A stretch of 49,055 nucleotides of DNA, taken from positions 1-49,055 of the forward strand of contig JAPXND010000002.1 of the NCBI GenBank assembly GCA_033808695.1, in the 5' to 3' direction. The notes under the pieces are model-generated. The model was given only the letters and a program-made list of their open reading frames with translations, was not told the origin of the DNA and did no database searches. The position numbers and the translations under genes are program-made. Source of the DNA: Armatimonadota bacterium. Its GTDB lineage: Bacteria; Armatimonadota; UBA5829; DTJY01. Of the stretch, positions 27,519 to 37,375 are shown in pieces. The number at the start of each line of letters is the position of its first letter. Position 1 is the stretch's first letter.

Positions 27519-28460
27519 TCAATCTGGCGGAGGAGGAGGAGGCATATCACTTACTGTGATTTTAGTAGTTGCACTCTTTGTTGTATCTGCAACACTTGTT
27601 GCTTTTACATGATATGTACCATCTAATAGTCCTGAGGTATATGTTACTGATGTATCTGTTTTATCTGAAAGAGTACCCACATTAGCGCCACTTTCTACAA
27701 TATTCCATGTAACGGCATTATTTGTTGTTCCTGTAACCGTAGCTGTAATTAAAATTGCTTCATTAGGTGATAAAGTTGCGGAAACAGGATTAACTGCTAC
27801 AGAAATCACAGCGGGTTTATCTTTTACTGTAATAGTTGCAGTAGCGCTTTTTGATGTATCTGCAGCGCTTGTTGCCTTTACATGATATGTTCCTGCAACT
27901 GACGGCGCTGTATAGGTTACAGATGTAGATGTTTTGTTTGTAAGAGTACCTACATTTGCTCCGCTTTCAACAATACTCCATGTAACGGCATTGTTTGCAG
28001 ACCCTGTAACGATTGCAGTAATGTTTAAAGCAGCATTTACATCTATTGTTGCTGTTGCAGGATTAACAGTTACTGATACTGCACCTGGAGCTGCAGTTAC
28101 AGTAATCGTCGCATTTGCGCTTTTTCCGGGATTAGCAACGCTGGTTGCTTTTACGTGATAAACACCTGCAGTTTGTGGCGCCGTATAGGTAACAGTGTTG
28201 CTCTTGACGTTTGTAAGTGTTCCGCCACCGGGTGAACCCTCAACAATTGTCCACTGAACCCCCTTATTCACTGTGCCAGTTACATTTGCAGTTAGATTAA
28301 CACTTGAACCTGCAGCTACTGTATTAGTCATAGGAGTTATTGTTACAGTAACGACATTATTATCACTGCTGCTTCCTCCGCCACAGCCAACTAACGCAAT
28401 AGCAGCAATAGTGAGCAATATAAACGGAATTATATAACGCTTCATTCTTTCTCCTTTCAA
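27519..28460 (-). CDS. Lipoprotein with three tandem Big_2 (bacterial Ig-like group 2) domains and a PPPPPPD C-terminus
   Basis: 313 aa. Lipobox LVGCGGG. Three roughly 90-aa repeats of the form V(T/S)V.V.P...(L/I).(L/I)TA.VTG..NN.V.W.IVE.....GTL......SVTYTAP...GTYHVKATS.AD..KSAT..ITV. Confidence 0.8.
   Translation of the reverse strand: MKGERMKRYIIPFILLTIAAIALVGCGGGSSSDNNVVTVTITPMTNTVAAGSSVNLTANVTGTVNKGVQWTIVEGSPGGGTLTNVKSNTVTYTAPQTAGVYHVKATSVANPGKSANATITVTAAPGAVSVTVNPATATIDVNAALNITAIVTGSANNAVTWSIVESGANVGTLTNKTSTSVTYTAPSVAGTYHVKATSAADTSKSATATITVKDKPAVISVAVNPVSATLSPNEAILITATVTGTTNNAVTWNIVESGANVGTLSDKTDTSVTYTSGLLDGTYHVKATSVADTTKSATTKITVSDMPPPPPPD
27543..28355 (-). repeat. Three tandem intragenic repeats of about 270 nt (90 aa) encoding the Big_2 domains
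   Basis: Repeat units at about 28083-28355, 27813-28082 and 27543-27812. Units 2 and 3 are the most similar (for example WSIVESGANVGTLTNKTSTSVTYTAP versus WNIVESGANVGTLSDKTDTSVTYTSG). Confidence 0.7.
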
Positions 28461-28507
28461 AATTCTACTTTCTATTCAAGACGATATTCAATTGAAAATG
28501 TTTCATA

Positions 28508-29776
28508 CTATCTTTTAAAAGTAACGCTATTTTCGTATTTAATTATCTCTGATATCCAATTGGTTCGTATGGGAACATCCATCGTAAGACAATACTGATC
28601 CCAAACTGCATTAAACGGCATTGATTTCAATTCTTCAAGAAGCGCTAATCGCTCAAAGAAACGATTGTTCTCTTCATATGATTTAAGCTGAGATATTGGT
28701 TCTAATAGCGCCATAAGCAATGCTCTTAAAGTGGATCTTGCACCAATAACCCATGCGCCAATACGATTTATACTCGCATCAAAATAATCTAATGCCAGAT
28801 GAACTCTATTAGTTGCATCACATCTCACAATTTCTTCCATAACATTGCGAAGCTCATCATTAATTATAACAACATGATCACTATCCCATCTGATTCCTCT
28901 GCTTACATGCATCACTATTTCATTAAAATAGAGCAGCAGTGCAGAGAGCTTATCAGCAACTGATTCCGTTGGATGGAAGTGTCCCATATCAAGACATATC
29001 ATCAGATTGTTTAAAATTGCATAAGGCATATAGAAGTCATGTGAACCTACAACAGAATATTCACTTCCTATACCAAACAATTTGCTTTCAACAGAATCTT
29101 TTATTTCACTGGATGCATACACAACGGAATATATTTTATCCAGTGAGTCTTTTAATTGAGCGCGAAGTTTAAATCTGTTGACAGTGATATCCTTCACGCC
29201 ATCCGGAATCCAGAGGTTGTGGATGCATGCATCATTCTGTGACTTTCCTATGTATGAACCTATTTTACGACATCTTTTCACATGCTCTATCCAGAAGTCT
29301 CTTATTGATCTGTCATTGTCTGAGAGCGTAAGTCCTGAAGCAGCTTTTGGGTTTGAAAACAGAGTAGAGTTGAAATCCAATTTAAGGTTATTCGATTTTG
29401 CCCAGTCAATCCATCCTTGAAAATGTATTGGTTCTATTTCATCTCTATCAATCTGCTTGCCATTAAACTCACCATATATGGCATGAATGTTTACTCTATG
29501 TGTTCCTGGGATGAGTGATAAGGCTTTCTCCATATCACTTCGAAGTTCATCAACCGTATTTGCTTTCCCCGGATAATTGCCTGTTACCTGCATTCCACCA
29601 TCAGCGGTACCTACCCCTTGAGTTTCAAATCCACCAACATCATCGCCTTGCCAACAGTGTATAGATAATGGGATAGTTTTGAGCAGCTCTATAGCTTTTT
29701 CGGTATCTACACCAATTTCTGCATATGCTTCTCTTGCTATTTCGTATGAAATATTGATATTTTTTATATTTGACAA
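28508..29776 (-). CDS. rhaA: L-rhamnose isomerase
   Basis: 422 aa. Hallmark N-terminal stretch SIHCWQGDDVGGFE...TGNYPGKA..VDELRSD...LIPG.HRVNIHAIY, very similar to E. coli RhaA. Confidence 0.93.
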   Translation of the reverse strand: MSNIKNINISYEIAREAYAEIGVDTEKAIELLKTIPLSIHCWQGDDVGGFETQGVGTADGGMQVTGNYPGKANTVDELRSDMEKALSLIPGTHRVNIHAIYGEFNGKQIDRDEIEPIHFQGWIDWAKSNNLKLDFNSTLFSNPKAASGLTLSDNDRSIRDFWIEHVKRCRKIGSYIGKSQNDACIHNLWIPDGVKDITVNRFKLRAQLKDSLDKIYSVVYASSEIKDSVESKLFGIGSEYSVVGSHDFYMPYAILNNLMICLDMGHFHPTESVADKLSALLLYFNEIVMHVSRGIRWDSDHVVIINDELRNVMEEIVRCDATNRVHLALDYFDASINRIGAWVIGARSTLRALLMALLEPISQLKSYEENNRFFERLALLEELKSMPFNAVWDQYCLTMDVPIRTNWISEIIKYENSVTFKR

Positions 29777-29777
29777 T

Positions 29778-31262
29778 TTAATCTCCTAATTCTACCAATT
29801 TAAGGAACCGACTATATACGTTATTCCATACATCGACATTTTGCGGTTTGTATGATTTCAATGAGAACGAGTTTCTAACGATTTCTCTAATCTCATCACG
29901 CGATTTTACACATCCAACAGCCATTGCCTGAATGAGTATATTTCCAACTGCAGTAGATTCTATAGGACCTGCAACAACTTCCATGTTAGCTGCGTCAGCT
30001 GTAAATTGCGAAAGCATTTCATTTTGAGTGCCTCCACCGATTATATGAATTTTGTTATATGGCTGAGAGGGATTAATCTCTTTAATCTGATTCATAACCA
30101 TACGATATTTAAGTGCAAGACTCTCAACTATACATCGCATAAATTGCCCTGGCGTTTTCGGAATAGGCTGGTTAGTTTTACGACAATAATTTGCTATTTC
30201 AACCGGCATATCATCCGGGTTTAGGAATGCGCTGTAGTCAGGATCTATGATAGAGCGAAATGGTTCCTCTTTTTGCGCCATTTGCGTTAATTCTGCATAA
30301 CTGTATGAACAATCCTTTGCCCGTGATTTTCTGCATTGCTGTATGAGCCAAAGCCCCATAATATTCTTTAATATCCGCGCTGTGTCTCCCACTCCACCTT
30401 CGTTGGAAAAGTTATATTTATAGGTTTCATCTGTTATTATAGGGCGTTCTGATTCAATCCCCATAAGCGACCAAGTGCCGCTGCTTATATAAGCCCAGTC
30501 TGTTCCTTCAGCCGGAACTGCAGCAATAGCGGAACCGGTATCATGTCCAGCAGTTGCAATAACCGGAGCTTTGATTATTCCGGTTTCGGTACAAATGTTA
30601 TCACTTAAATACCCGGCAATGGTTCCTGATGGTATAACTTTATGTAATATAGAAATAGGTATTCCTGCTGCATCTAAAATACTTTCATCCCACTTCTTAT
30701 TAATAGAATTATACATTTGCGATGTGCTTGCTATAGAGAATTCACAAACTTTGTTGCCGGTGAACAAATAGGTGAAATAGTCGGGTATAAAAAGAAGGTC
30801 GTGCACAAGATCGAAATATGGTATTCCTGACTTGGCAATAGAGTAAAGCTGAAACAGAGAGTTAATCTGCATAACTTGTATACCGGTTCGCTGATAAAGC
30901 TCTTTCTTAGGCATTTCATTAAAGAAACTATCCATAATGCCATTAGTGCGTTTATCTCTATATGAGTACGGCATCCCAACGAGATTTCCATCTGAATCTA
31001 AAAGAACAAAATCTACACCCCAAGTATCTACACCAATTCCATCAAGGATTTTTACACCATAATCGGCACATATTTTCAAGCCTTCTTTTAAGCTGTCATA
31101 AAAGCCAATCAGATTCCATACAAAGGCTCCATTTAGATCAACATAACCTGTTTGAAATCGATTCAGTTCTCTGATCTCAATTTTTCCATTTTCGAGTGTA
31201 CCAAGTATGGTTCTGCCACTTTCAGCGCCTAAATCAAATGCAATAAATCTTTTAATGCTCAT
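29778..31262 (-). CDS. rhaB: Rhamnulokinase (FGGY family)
   Basis: 494 aa. FDLGAESGRTILG...ELNRF, GVDTWGVDFVLLD, HIIGGGTQNEML. Located between rhaA and the aldolase gene. Confidence 0.88.
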   Translation of the reverse strand: MSIKRFIAFDLGAESGRTILGTLENGKIEIRELNRFQTGYVDLNGAFVWNLIGFYDSLKEGLKICADYGVKILDGIGVDTWGVDFVLLDSDGNLVGMPYSYRDKRTNGIMDSFFNEMPKKELYQRTGIQVMQINSLFQLYSIAKSGIPYFDLVHDLLFIPDYFTYLFTGNKVCEFSIASTSQMYNSINKKWDESILDAAGIPISILHKVIPSGTIAGYLSDNICTETGIIKAPVIATAGHDTGSAIAAVPAEGTDWAYISSGTWSLMGIESERPIITDETYKYNFSNEGGVGDTARILKNIMGLWLIQQCRKSRAKDCSYSYAELTQMAQKEEPFRSIIDPDYSAFLNPDDMPVEIANYCRKTNQPIPKTPGQFMRCIVESLALKYRMVMNQIKEINPSQPYNKIHIIGGGTQNEMLSQFTADAANMEVVAGPIESTAVGNILIQAMAVGCVKSRDEIREIVRNSFSLKSYKPQNVDVWNNVYSRFLKLVELGD

Positions 31263-31265
31263 TTT

Positions 31266-33227
31266 TTATCTTACCATTACCTGACCGCTATCAACAATTA
31301 AAGTTTGACCGGTTATTGTATATGCCTTATTTGAGCAGAGAAATATAACCGCATCTGCAATATCCTGTCCTTTTATTTCTCGTTTTAAGGCAGTTTTGTC
31401 TATATAGAATGGGATAACTTCTTCAGTTTTGATTCCATATTTTCTGGCACATTCCTCAATGTATGTAGGATTCCATATTTTTGAACCCTCAAAAACATTT
31501 CCTGGAGCAACTGCATTTACTCTTATTCCATATTGACCAAGCTCCATCGCCCATCCACGCGCCATATGCAGTTCAGCTGATTTGGTGGCATTATAGGCAG
31601 TGTTGCTTTTACTAGCTTCTAAACCTGATTTAGAACTGAGATTGATTACATTGCCGCCCATTCCCTGCTTTACCATGTATCGTACTGCTTCTCTCGACAT
31701 TAAAAAATATCCTGTTAGATTAATATCCAGCGTGCGTTTCCATTTATCAAGCGGAAAATCAATTAGAGGATATGCCGGAGCAATTCCTGCAGCATTAACG
31801 AGTATATCAATTCCACCAAAAGTATTAATAACTTCCTTAAAACAGTTTATTACACTGTCCTCATCAGTTACATCACATTTTATAGTCATGTATTGTGAGC
31901 CAGGTGCATCTAATGCTGCTTCTGCTGCAGTTTCTTCAGCAGAAACAATGTCAATATCTGCAAATACTACAGTTGCACCAGCCTTTAACAACCCAGAAGC
32001 TATTCCCTTTCCAAGCCCGCTTGCTGCACCAGAAACAACTGCTATATAACCTTGTATATCACCTGGATCTGGAGTGATTAAACCTTTACGGAAGGTTTCG
32101 GCTTCCCAATTTGTAATAAAATCACGCTGCTTATTGCTAAGAGGATTGACCCCGCCGAACTGCAGTGCAAATGTGCGCACATTAAGAGTCATTTTTACAA
32201 CATCTCTTATAATACCAACTGTTTTTCCACTTCCTGCAATAAATAGCCCAAGATCTTTTATAAGAAAGCTTACAGATGGTTTTTCACCCTTAGATATTTG
32301 CTGCTTCAACTTATATGTGATTGTGCCTGAATCAGGCGCCTCTAACCAAAGAGGCGGTCCGCTTGCATAAACAATCTCATCAGGTGTAAGTCCGGCATGT
32401 GAAAGTAATTCTGATGAATCATCTCTTTGCATAAATGCGAATATTTCTTCATCTATAAAATGTGCAATGTTGCAGTATGATCCGGTTACAACATTAATTG
32501 CTCTTCTCACACATCCTTTAGCATTTGATATTTCATCAAATGATGGATTTTGCACAGAAACCTGCTCAATAGGCGTAAGATTTTCAGAACATCTTTTAAT
32601 TACTAAATCAACCAGCTTAAGTGTTGTATCAACTTCGGGTGCAGTTACAAAAAGACCATGTTTTTCAAGGAACAAAATTGATGGCTTTGTATTATGTTTT
32701 TGCACATATTGACTAACAAGCTTATTTACTTTAACACCAAGCGTATAACCCGGATCTACATATGGAATCCATAATGGAGGATTTTGCATATCTGCAAAAA
32801 TTCGTTCCAATTCCGCCTTGCCATTCTTAGCGCAAACATATGCGCCTACTGCTTGGGGATGGATATGCACCACACATCTGTCTAAAATGGCATGAAGGTG
32901 CGCTTCAACAGACGGTCTTGTATCGTTGCCAAATCCATCAACGCATGCAAGATTCAATCTTGCAACCACATTAGCTTCACGGTTCACTTGCGGCAATTCT
33001 ACCAGCGAATCATCATTCAACACACTCAAAACCTGGTCTACGCGCATTTTGCGCCAGCCGGCATGTTCTGATGCATCTTTTAAAGCAGTGCCGCTTGCTT
33101 TAATATACATATATTTTCCATCTTCCGTTTTAGCAGATGTATTTCCCCCGCCGCCCTGCACTAAAAGAGGATCATTGCCAACAGAAACGGAAAGCTTTAT
33201 AAAATCCTTTAGTATTTGGTCTGCCAT
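31266..33227 (-). CDS. rhaEW: Bifunctional rhamnulose-1-phosphate aldolase / short-chain dehydrogenase (RhaEW/YuxG type)
   Basis: N-terminal class II aldolase/adducin-like half (QGGGGNTSAK...SVEAHLH...HIHP). C-terminal SDR half (VVSGAASGLGKGIA; YNATK). The longest ORF starts at GTG 33242. The ATG at 33227 (MADQILKDF) has GAGG 9 nt upstream. Confidence 0.85.
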   Translation of the reverse strand: MADQILKDFIKLSVSVGNDPLLVQGGGGNTSAKTEDGKYMYIKASGTALKDASEHAGWRKMRVDQVLSVLNDDSLVELPQVNREANVVARLNLACVDGFGNDTRPSVEAHLHAILDRCVVHIHPQAVGAYVCAKNGKAELERIFADMQNPPLWIPYVDPGYTLGVKVNKLVSQYVQKHNTKPSILFLEKHGLFVTAPEVDTTLKLVDLVIKRCSENLTPIEQVSVQNPSFDEISNAKGCVRRAINVVTGSYCNIAHFIDEEIFAFMQRDDSSELLSHAGLTPDEIVYASGPPLWLEAPDSGTITYKLKQQISKGEKPSVSFLIKDLGLFIAGSGKTVGIIRDVVKMTLNVRTFALQFGGVNPLSNKQRDFITNWEAETFRKGLITPDPGDIQGYIAVVSGAASGLGKGIASGLLKAGATVVFADIDIVSAEETAAEAALDAPGSQYMTIKCDVTDEDSVINCFKEVINTFGGIDILVNAAGIAPAYPLIDFPLDKWKRTLDINLTGYFLMSREAVRYMVKQGMGGNVINLSSKSGLEASKSNTAYNATKSAELHMARGWAMELGQYGIRVNAVAPGNVFEGSKIWNPTYIEECARKYGIKTEEVIPFYIDKTALKREIKGQDIADAVIFLCSNKAYTITGQTLIVDSGQVMVR

Positions 33228-33300
33228 AATATAAAACCTCACAAATTATAAAAAATAAAATAAAAAATAAATATAAATATTGTTGAATTTTCAAATATTC

Positions 33301-34968
33301 TCAGGATGAAAAATGTTTTAGTAATGCATCCTCAGCATCTTTTGTCCAAAGACCATCGGATAACTTATCAGCCACACCAGGCAGATAATCTGCAAGTTTA
33401 TCAAGTGTTATCAACCCCATCCCTTTACAGGATGGATAAACTATTATTTTACCAGCAATTAATTGGTGTTCTACGGCTCTTATACCTTCAATTGCACCAT
33501 CCAATCCGCTTATTGCTGCTACAGAAAGATTTGTATCAAGCTGTTTGGCAGATTCAACTTTATAAAGAACTGCCTTCATATCCTCTAATACTGATCCACT
33601 GGTACCTATGAAGTATAATTTTTTCTCAATATATTTATCTATATCGAGATCTGCAATAATTTGTGCGGGAATACCCGCAAAGATATTTATTATTCCTTTT
33701 TTGTCTATACTTTCAATTTCCTGAGAAACCAAAGCTGCTACCGGCACCATCAATGCTGAATAACTAAAACTATCAGATATATTATCATCCTTAGGATTAT
33801 ATGCCGTAAACAACACATTCCTTTCTTTTGCAAGCGGTGCAGCTATTTTTTTGAGTACCTCCAATCGCTCTGTATTTAAGTCGCTGGCATATACGGAAAT
33901 ATTTGAAACGCCCTGGCAAATATTTCGTATAACATGCATCATGCCCATAGGCCCGCCGGCTCCAATAACATTTATCTTTTCACCTTGTCTGATTTCGCCG
34001 GTCAGCGGGATATAATTCATTGATTCAGAAGGGTTAAATCCAGTGGTTCCAATAATTCTTATACCGCCATAATGCACTCGTCCTATCGGAGTCTTAACTT
34101 TACGTCCATATTGACTGCCGCATTGAACCAGATTTATTAAACCACGTGCACCAAGCTTAGGAAAAAGAGATTCCGCAACTTGAGCATTTGAACCGAAATA
34201 AATAATATCATTTATCGAATTATCAGGAATTGAATATAGACTATCAATATACTTGAAATCATAGATGCTGTTTATTTTCTTTTCAGCTAAAACAAAAATC
34301 TTGGATGGGCTGCCATATTTTGCGAACAGCTCTTCCAGTATACTATGATCCAGATCAATATCACTTACTATAAGCATTTTTCCATTTACATCAAGTTTGA
34401 TTCTTTCCTTTGATGCATACGAATTTTCTACACATGCCCATGGTTCTACAAGCGCAATTGCTGATGCAGAAACATCGGAAGATGCAGGAATCAGCATTGA
34501 TTCACCTTCAGGTGATGTTATAATACGAGTATCCATCAACACATATTCCTGAAGCCCGCCTTCAAAATCATAGCCGAATGATGCATTAGATCCATCAGTA
34601 GGAAGCCATCTGTAATCTGTTTGAACAAGATATCGTTCACCTGGTGAAAATTCGGCAACATTTGCTCCTACGGCTTCAATTCGAACAACAGCTTCATGAC
34701 CAGGCACTGTTGGGAGTTCATCGGGCGCATAGCTTGGTATTTCATCAAGTATATTAAGGTCAATTCCGGATTTGATAGATTTTTTTCGGGGATGAGCAGA
34801 AAACTGCTTTAATAGTTTGAGGTCAGAAAAACACAATCCTACTGCTTCAATTGAACAAAGCAATTGATAAGGACCAGGAGGATGCACGGATTTATTATTA
34901 TTGAAAACCAGCTCATCAGGAGCTGTTAATTGAATAGCCTGCTGCTTTAATGGCATATTGTTCACCAT
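33301..34968 (-). CDS. Atypically long medium-chain (zinc-type) dehydrogenase/reductase-like protein
   Basis: About 555 aa. GroES-like N-domain with GLCFSDLKLL and PGHEAVVRIEAVGANV, ALVEPWACV. Then a roughly 140-aa insert. Then Rossmann motif VIGAGGPMGMMHV. The longest ORF starts at GTG 34974. The ATG at 34968 has AAGGA 7 nt upstream. Confidence 0.65.
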   Translation of the reverse strand: MVNNMPLKQQAIQLTAPDELVFNNNKSVHPPGPYQLLCSIEAVGLCFSDLKLLKQFSAHPRKKSIKSGIDLNILDEIPSYAPDELPTVPGHEAVVRIEAVGANVAEFSPGERYLVQTDYRWLPTDGSNASFGYDFEGGLQEYVLMDTRIITSPEGESMLIPASSDVSASAIALVEPWACVENSYASKERIKLDVNGKMLIVSDIDLDHSILEELFAKYGSPSKIFVLAEKKINSIYDFKYIDSLYSIPDNSINDIIYFGSNAQVAESLFPKLGARGLINLVQCGSQYGRKVKTPIGRVHYGGIRIIGTTGFNPSESMNYIPLTGEIRQGEKINVIGAGGPMGMMHVIRNICQGVSNISVYASDLNTERLEVLKKIAAPLAKERNVLFTAYNPKDDNISDSFSYSALMVPVAALVSQEIESIDKKGIINIFAGIPAQIIADLDIDKYIEKKLYFIGTSGSVLEDMKAVLYKVESAKQLDTNLSVAAISGLDGAIEGIRAVEHQLIAGKIIVYPSCKGMGLITLDKLADYLPGVADKLSDGLWTKDAEDALLKHFSS

Positions 34969-35063
34969 AATCACGTCCTTAGTATATTCATTTGCGCTAG
35001 TATATCATTTCATTATCTTTATTGTATACCATTTGAGTCATTTGAACAAGTATTACAGATACA

Positions 35064-36341
35064 TTAAACACCATATGACCTTGATTGTAATTTTAGTGCA
35101 ATGATTAAGGAAATAATTCCAGCTATTCCTGCCAATCCAAAAACAAGCTTATAGGTAAATGATTGTATTAATACACCTCCGATTATTGGGAATAACATTG
35201 TAGGTGCATTTGCTGTATTCATTAATCCAATATATGACTTGCGATGATTTTCGTGTGCTAATTCAAGCAAGTAGTTCGTGAGTCCAATTGTAGTACTTCC
35301 AATAATTGCACCTATAAATAAAAAAAGTATTCCATATACAATAATGGATGGTTTTGTAATTGTGAAAACAATCACTTGTGCCAATATTATAAAAACAGCT
35401 GTGCCAATTATTACAAATTTAGGACCATAATTATCACTTGTATTTCCTGCAATCCCACTTGCAGCTATGTTGCCTATAGTTTGAACAGCAAGCAGTATTC
35501 CAACTTCTCCACTATTCAATCCACCAATCTTGCTTACATACAGAATATAAAATGGCAGAGCCATAGCAAAAACTCCCAATAACAGCTGAACTGCTATAAA
35601 CTGTTTTAATTGACTATTCTCTGCTATCAATGATCCCATACGCTTCAAATACATAATAAACAAATCATCATGTGGCTCGGGCATACCTGCTGGCTCGTTA
35701 ACTTTGGTTATGCTGTATAAACTTAGTGCAAAAAATACGGCGGAAATTGTTATGAGGATTGCATAATTTGTTGGATATCCTATGATGAAATATTTGTTTG
35801 ATAATACCATTGATATAATTAATCCAGCTATTACAGCAAGGATTCCGCCACAAATTTGGGTTAAACCAAATAATCTTCCCCTCATCCGTTCATTAACGCT
35901 TTTGGCTACAAGATCAAGCCATGGAACACTGGCATATCCCTCTGACCCCCAAAAAGCTGTATACATTATGAGGAAGCATACCAATATTATTGATTTGCTG
36001 TTTGCATTTGTGAGATATAAAACTACAGCAAGGAATGCAGTTGCTAAGCGTGATATTAATGCAATTCTTATTAAGAAACCCTTAATATAAATCTTGTTTC
36101 TAAGATAATGAGCAGTCCATAATTGTGGAATAAGAGTTCCTGCAAGCCGTATGGCAGTTATAGCGCCAATGATTATCATTGAATTGGTAAGCTTGCTTAA
36201 AAATGCAGGTAATACAGTAGATTGATCTATAAAAGCCAGGGCAAAATTATATAAAATTACATCTAAAGCCAGAAACTTGAAATTCCACGAATGATCAATT
36301 TCCGACATATTAGTTTTTGATGACATTTCTGAATCAGTCAT
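35064..36341 (-). CDS. MFS transporter
   Basis: 425 aa with about 12 hydrophobic helices and a loop motif RMRGRLFG between TM2-3-like helices. It starts 3 nt after the htpX-like stop. Confidence 0.8.
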   Translation of the reverse strand: MTDSEMSSKTNMSEIDHSWNFKFLALDVILYNFALAFIDQSTVLPAFLSKLTNSMIIIGAITAIRLAGTLIPQLWTAHYLRNKIYIKGFLIRIALISRLATAFLAVVLYLTNANSKSIILVCFLIMYTAFWGSEGYASVPWLDLVAKSVNERMRGRLFGLTQICGGILAVIAGLIISMVLSNKYFIIGYPTNYAILITISAVFFALSLYSITKVNEPAGMPEPHDDLFIMYLKRMGSLIAENSQLKQFIAVQLLLGVFAMALPFYILYVSKIGGLNSGEVGILLAVQTIGNIAASGIAGNTSDNYGPKFVIIGTAVFIILAQVIVFTITKPSIIVYGILFLFIGAIIGSTTIGLTNYLLELAHENHRKSYIGLMNTANAPTMLFPIIGGVLIQSFTYKLVFGLAGIAGIISLIIALKLQSRSYGV

Positions 36342-36344
36342 TAA

Positions 36345-37265
36345 TTACATGGATCTCAGTCGTTTTATTCTATCTCCAATTGGAGGGTGAGTGCTGAACA
36401 TATTTTCAAAAAAGCCGCCTATATCTTCACCATCTGTTCCAAGCAAAGGACTTGCTATAAACAAGTGCGCCGTTGCTTTATTTGCTGCTTCCAACACTTC
36501 AACATCGTGTGATATTTTTTCCAGCGCACTGGCAAGTCCTTCAGGATATCTGGTAAGCAAAGCTCCTGAAGCATCTGCAAGATATTCCCTTTGCCTTGAT
36601 ATATACATCTTTATGATTTGTGCAAACAAAGGAGCAACAATTGCAGTAAGCAGTAAAAGAACTATGGTAAATATAAAGTTAGATGAAATGTTTTTGCTGC
36701 CACCATCTGTTTTTACCTCAATATCTCTGCTGCGACTCAAGTAAGGTCTTCTTGTTAACATATCAGATATTAAAATCACTGTTCCGGCTAACACAGCAAC
36801 AAGCGCCATTAATCGTATATCGTAGTTTTTGATATGCGACATTTCATGAGCGATAACACCTTCAAGCTCCACACGATTCAATTTATCAAGCAATCCGGTG
36901 GTTACTACAATTACAGCATGCTTCGGATTTCTGCCGGTTGCAAATGCATTCAATGCTGTATCATCTATTACATAAACAGGTGGAGCGGGAATACCGGCTG
37001 CTATTGCTAATCCCTCTACAGAATTTACAAGATGAGCATTTTCCTGACGTGTTGCGGGACGTGCCTTGGAAATAGCAAGAATGATCTTATCTCCATAATA
37101 ATATCCGCCGATTGTCTCTACAACAGCAATGATAATGGCTAGAGGGAATACCCATTCATATCCTTCAATCATTGAAACAAAATAACCTAATAATATAACA
37201 AAAGCAATAAAGAATATAATGAGTGTTGCTGATTTAATTTTATTGGAACTAATTTCATTATACAT
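36345..37265 (-). CDS. htpX: M48 family zinc metalloprotease (HtpX-like)
   Basis: 306 aa. TM helices, HEMSHIKNYD (HExxH) and downstream EYLAD glutamate motif, C-terminal STHPPIGDRI. Confidence 0.88.
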   Translation of the reverse strand: MYNEISSNKIKSATLIIFFIAFVILLGYFVSMIEGYEWVFPLAIIIAVVETIGGYYYGDKIILAISKARPATRQENAHLVNSVEGLAIAAGIPAPPVYVIDDTALNAFATGRNPKHAVIVVTTGLLDKLNRVELEGVIAHEMSHIKNYDIRLMALVAVLAGTVILISDMLTRRPYLSRSRDIEVKTDGGSKNISSNFIFTIVLLLLTAIVAPLFAQIIKMYISRQREYLADASGALLTRYPEGLASALEKISHDVEVLEAANKATAHLFIASPLLGTDGEDIGGFFENMFSTHPPIGDRIKRLRSM

Positions 37266-37375
37266 AGATTAGTCACATTCAATATAGGATTGAGTAAAAT
37301 TGTATAATAAAATAGTGTGCCGAGTTATAAAGCATAAGTCATCGCACCCTATTCTCTGACACACTATTATCAAAT

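Noticed and set aside
33243-33300. Run of phased A-tracts (aaaaaataaaataaaaaataaatataaatatt), considered as a possible repeat or CRISPR-like element.
   Set aside because: It is only simple A/T-tract sequence in a 58-nt spacer, with no repeat-spacer periodicity. It is most likely curved promoter/UP-like DNA upstream of rhaEW.
37312-37367. 8-bp long-range stem (ATAGTGTG...CACACTAT) followed by a UUUAUU run between lemA and the htpX-like gene.
   Set aside because: The stem encloses a loop of about 40 nt with no convincing inner helix. It could be a weak terminator or mere chance, so it is not listed as a feature.
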